This document shows positions 62,058-64,000 of a DNA stretch of 64,000 nucleotides, piece by piece. Both the position numbers and the translations under genes were made by a program. This stretch comes from Macrostomum lignano. Lineage: Eukaryota. Where the stretch lies: assembly GCA_002269645.1 (NCBI GenBank), contig NIVC01000205.1, positions 7,276 to 71,275 of the forward strand, given 5' to 3'. The notes beneath the pieces were generated by a model. The model had not been told where the DNA came from, searched no databases, and was given only the letters and a program-made list of their open reading frames with translations. Position 1 is the first letter of the stretch. Each line of letters starts with the position of its first letter.

Positions 62058-63634
62058 GCTAGACCTGCCGATGAACCAATACGAGCTCGAGCATGGATAT
62101 TATCCCAGCAGAAAGAATCGACTCATGTCGCTTCTCGCTGATTAGGTGTAATAGAAATTAAAGGATAACTTTGTACATGCGAGCTCCAATCGAATATTGA
62201 TACCTGAGCCTGTTCTTCGAGTATAGATAAATCGCTCTGTCACTTTGCCTGCGTACGGGGAGGGCGGGTGTTGCGAATGTAGTGATGATGTAGTGGCTGC
62301 GAACACCATCGCCTCCGATCCTTAGACCATTCCACCTTGGTTTCTATCTTGCCCTTCCTGCGCTGCAGTGGTCTTCCACTAAACAATTAAAACAAGTCTC
62401 TATCCATTGCGCACCCATGGACAACTGACGTAGTAGAAGAATTTTAAACTTCTGTACAGACATAAGTAGGCTGTACGCTCATGATGTTCAAGATAACTTT
62501 GTAATGCAGCTTCTATATTCTTCTGTAAGAACTACATGAGAACTACATGAATGCATTCGAAACTAGAGCTACTTCAATTGAAGAAGTAACTTTTTCGCTG
62601 CGTTCATGCCGCTTCAATAGGCTCTTATACAGTAGCTATAGTTAAATAATTACCTACATGTAAGTAAGTTTTCATTTTAATTTCCTCAGCGCATTACTCA
62701 GCTTTCTTGTTTCTCTTGCCTATAGGGGCATACTGCTGTGCTCCCACACTGTTCACTGCAACAGCTACAGTTCGCTTCCGTATTACTGCCTAATTAGTTG
62801 CGACTGTCATCAACATTAATTAATAGAAATAAAAAATACGCTATCTTGATTATTTATTCCTAGCTAGTGTATTATTGCGATACCAAAAAATGTAATTACA
62901 CAAGCAATAAAGCTGCATCAAGCATGTATCACTATCCACTATCATTTCAAGACGATTTTGATTGCTTAAAGTCACGTTCTTTAATACCCTATTACCCAAT
63001 TCAGAGGGGATGCTCGACAAATTTCATCGCCCCTCCCTGGCCTGCCACCGTACGCTAATGAAGTCGGACAGTTAGTCTTTAAAAGAAAACTTTCATCGGC
63101 CTCAGCATCTGTGCGACTGACTTATCCATGCAACTCTCCTAGATAAAATTTAGCTAGGAAAAGAAAAGTTCATCTGATGGGGTAGGGGTTAAGGGTTGCT
63201 GAGTACGAGTCTACGAACCTATTGAGCGTTCCCCTGGGTCCTACGGTGGGTGTGGAGAGAGCACGAGCGGCAGATAGACAGCTATAGCTTCAAGGGGGCC
63301 GCGTATCCCCCATGGTTTCGAGTTCACCGTGACGTTAGAAAGTTGGTCAGAAAAAAGTTGCGAGTTTCTGTTGCAAACTGCTGCTACACGCGCATATTTT
63401 ATAAGTGAGGTTCGAATATAAGGCTCGGGTCGGGTGTGCTTGACATCTAGGGGCTCCACGGCTTGTCACCGTGGGTTCAATTTTCATCAGATAAATATGC
63501 GACCTATAGTAACGGTTGGTATTCGAACAGTTACATCTTTCGGCTTGACCACTTTACAAGTACTCTACTGAATTTATTCGCTACAGTACTTTTCACTATT
63601 TAGCTACTAATGTTTTGAAGCTAACTATATCATC

Positions 63635-64000
63635 GGATGATAGATCCCGGATGTACCAGCAGAATAATAGATCCCGGATACAGACAGGATGATAGATCCC
63701 GGATGTACCAGCAGAATAATAGATCCCGGATGTACAGACAGTAGGATAGATCCCGGATGTACAGACAGTATGATAGATCCAAAATGTACAGACAGTATGA
63801 TAGATCCAAAATGTACCAGCAGTATGATAGATCCCGGATGTACCAGCAGAATAATAGATCCCGGATGTACAGACAGGTTGATAGATCCCGGATGTACCAG
63901 CAGAATAATAGATCCCGGATGTACAGACAGATGATAGATCCCGGATGTACCAGCAGAATAATAGATCCCGGATGTACAGACAGTATGATAGATCCCGGAT
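63635..64000. repeat. 27-bp minisatellite with two unit types (ATAGATCCCGGATGTACAGACAGTATG and ...TACCAGCAGAATA), running off the window end
   Basis: Read directly. Confidence 0.95.

Overview
Eukaryotic (animal) genomic DNA with GT-AG introns, GC3-rich exons and about 25 distinct micro/minisatellite arrays. The style resembles a free-living flatworm such as Macrostomum (inference only). Recognisable genes: a 5'-fragmentary, lesion-bearing CEP290-like locus (+, 23.6-26.7 kb) with a Gypsy integrase-PPT-3'LTR half-element in one intron; a 4-exon NTE/PNPLA6-7-like patatin phospholipase (+, 35.8-40.7 kb); a TTC23-like TPR gene (-, 44.3-47.9 kb); RPS28 (+, 52.2 kb); and a 2-exon DEG/ENaC channel (+, 57.9-62.1 kb). 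There are also two single-exon orphan ORFs and probably an unidentified multi-exon gene on the minus strand threaded between the arrays of the first 20 kb. Mobile DNA includes three hAT-type non-autonomous elements with perfect 8-bp TSDs, a fourth probable one carrying an internal minisatellite, a foldback MITE, a tRNA-derived SINE and an RTE fragment. The strongest unexplained signal is two sharply bounded CpG deserts (about 31.6-35.9 kb and 48.8-51.9 kb). In the second, two sibling MITEs about 290 bp apart have 18 versus 1 CpG, with aligned CG to CA/TG changes, which suggests localised germline cytosine methylation. Most ORF-track entries are repeat translations. All alignments and counts were done by eye; no searches were run.
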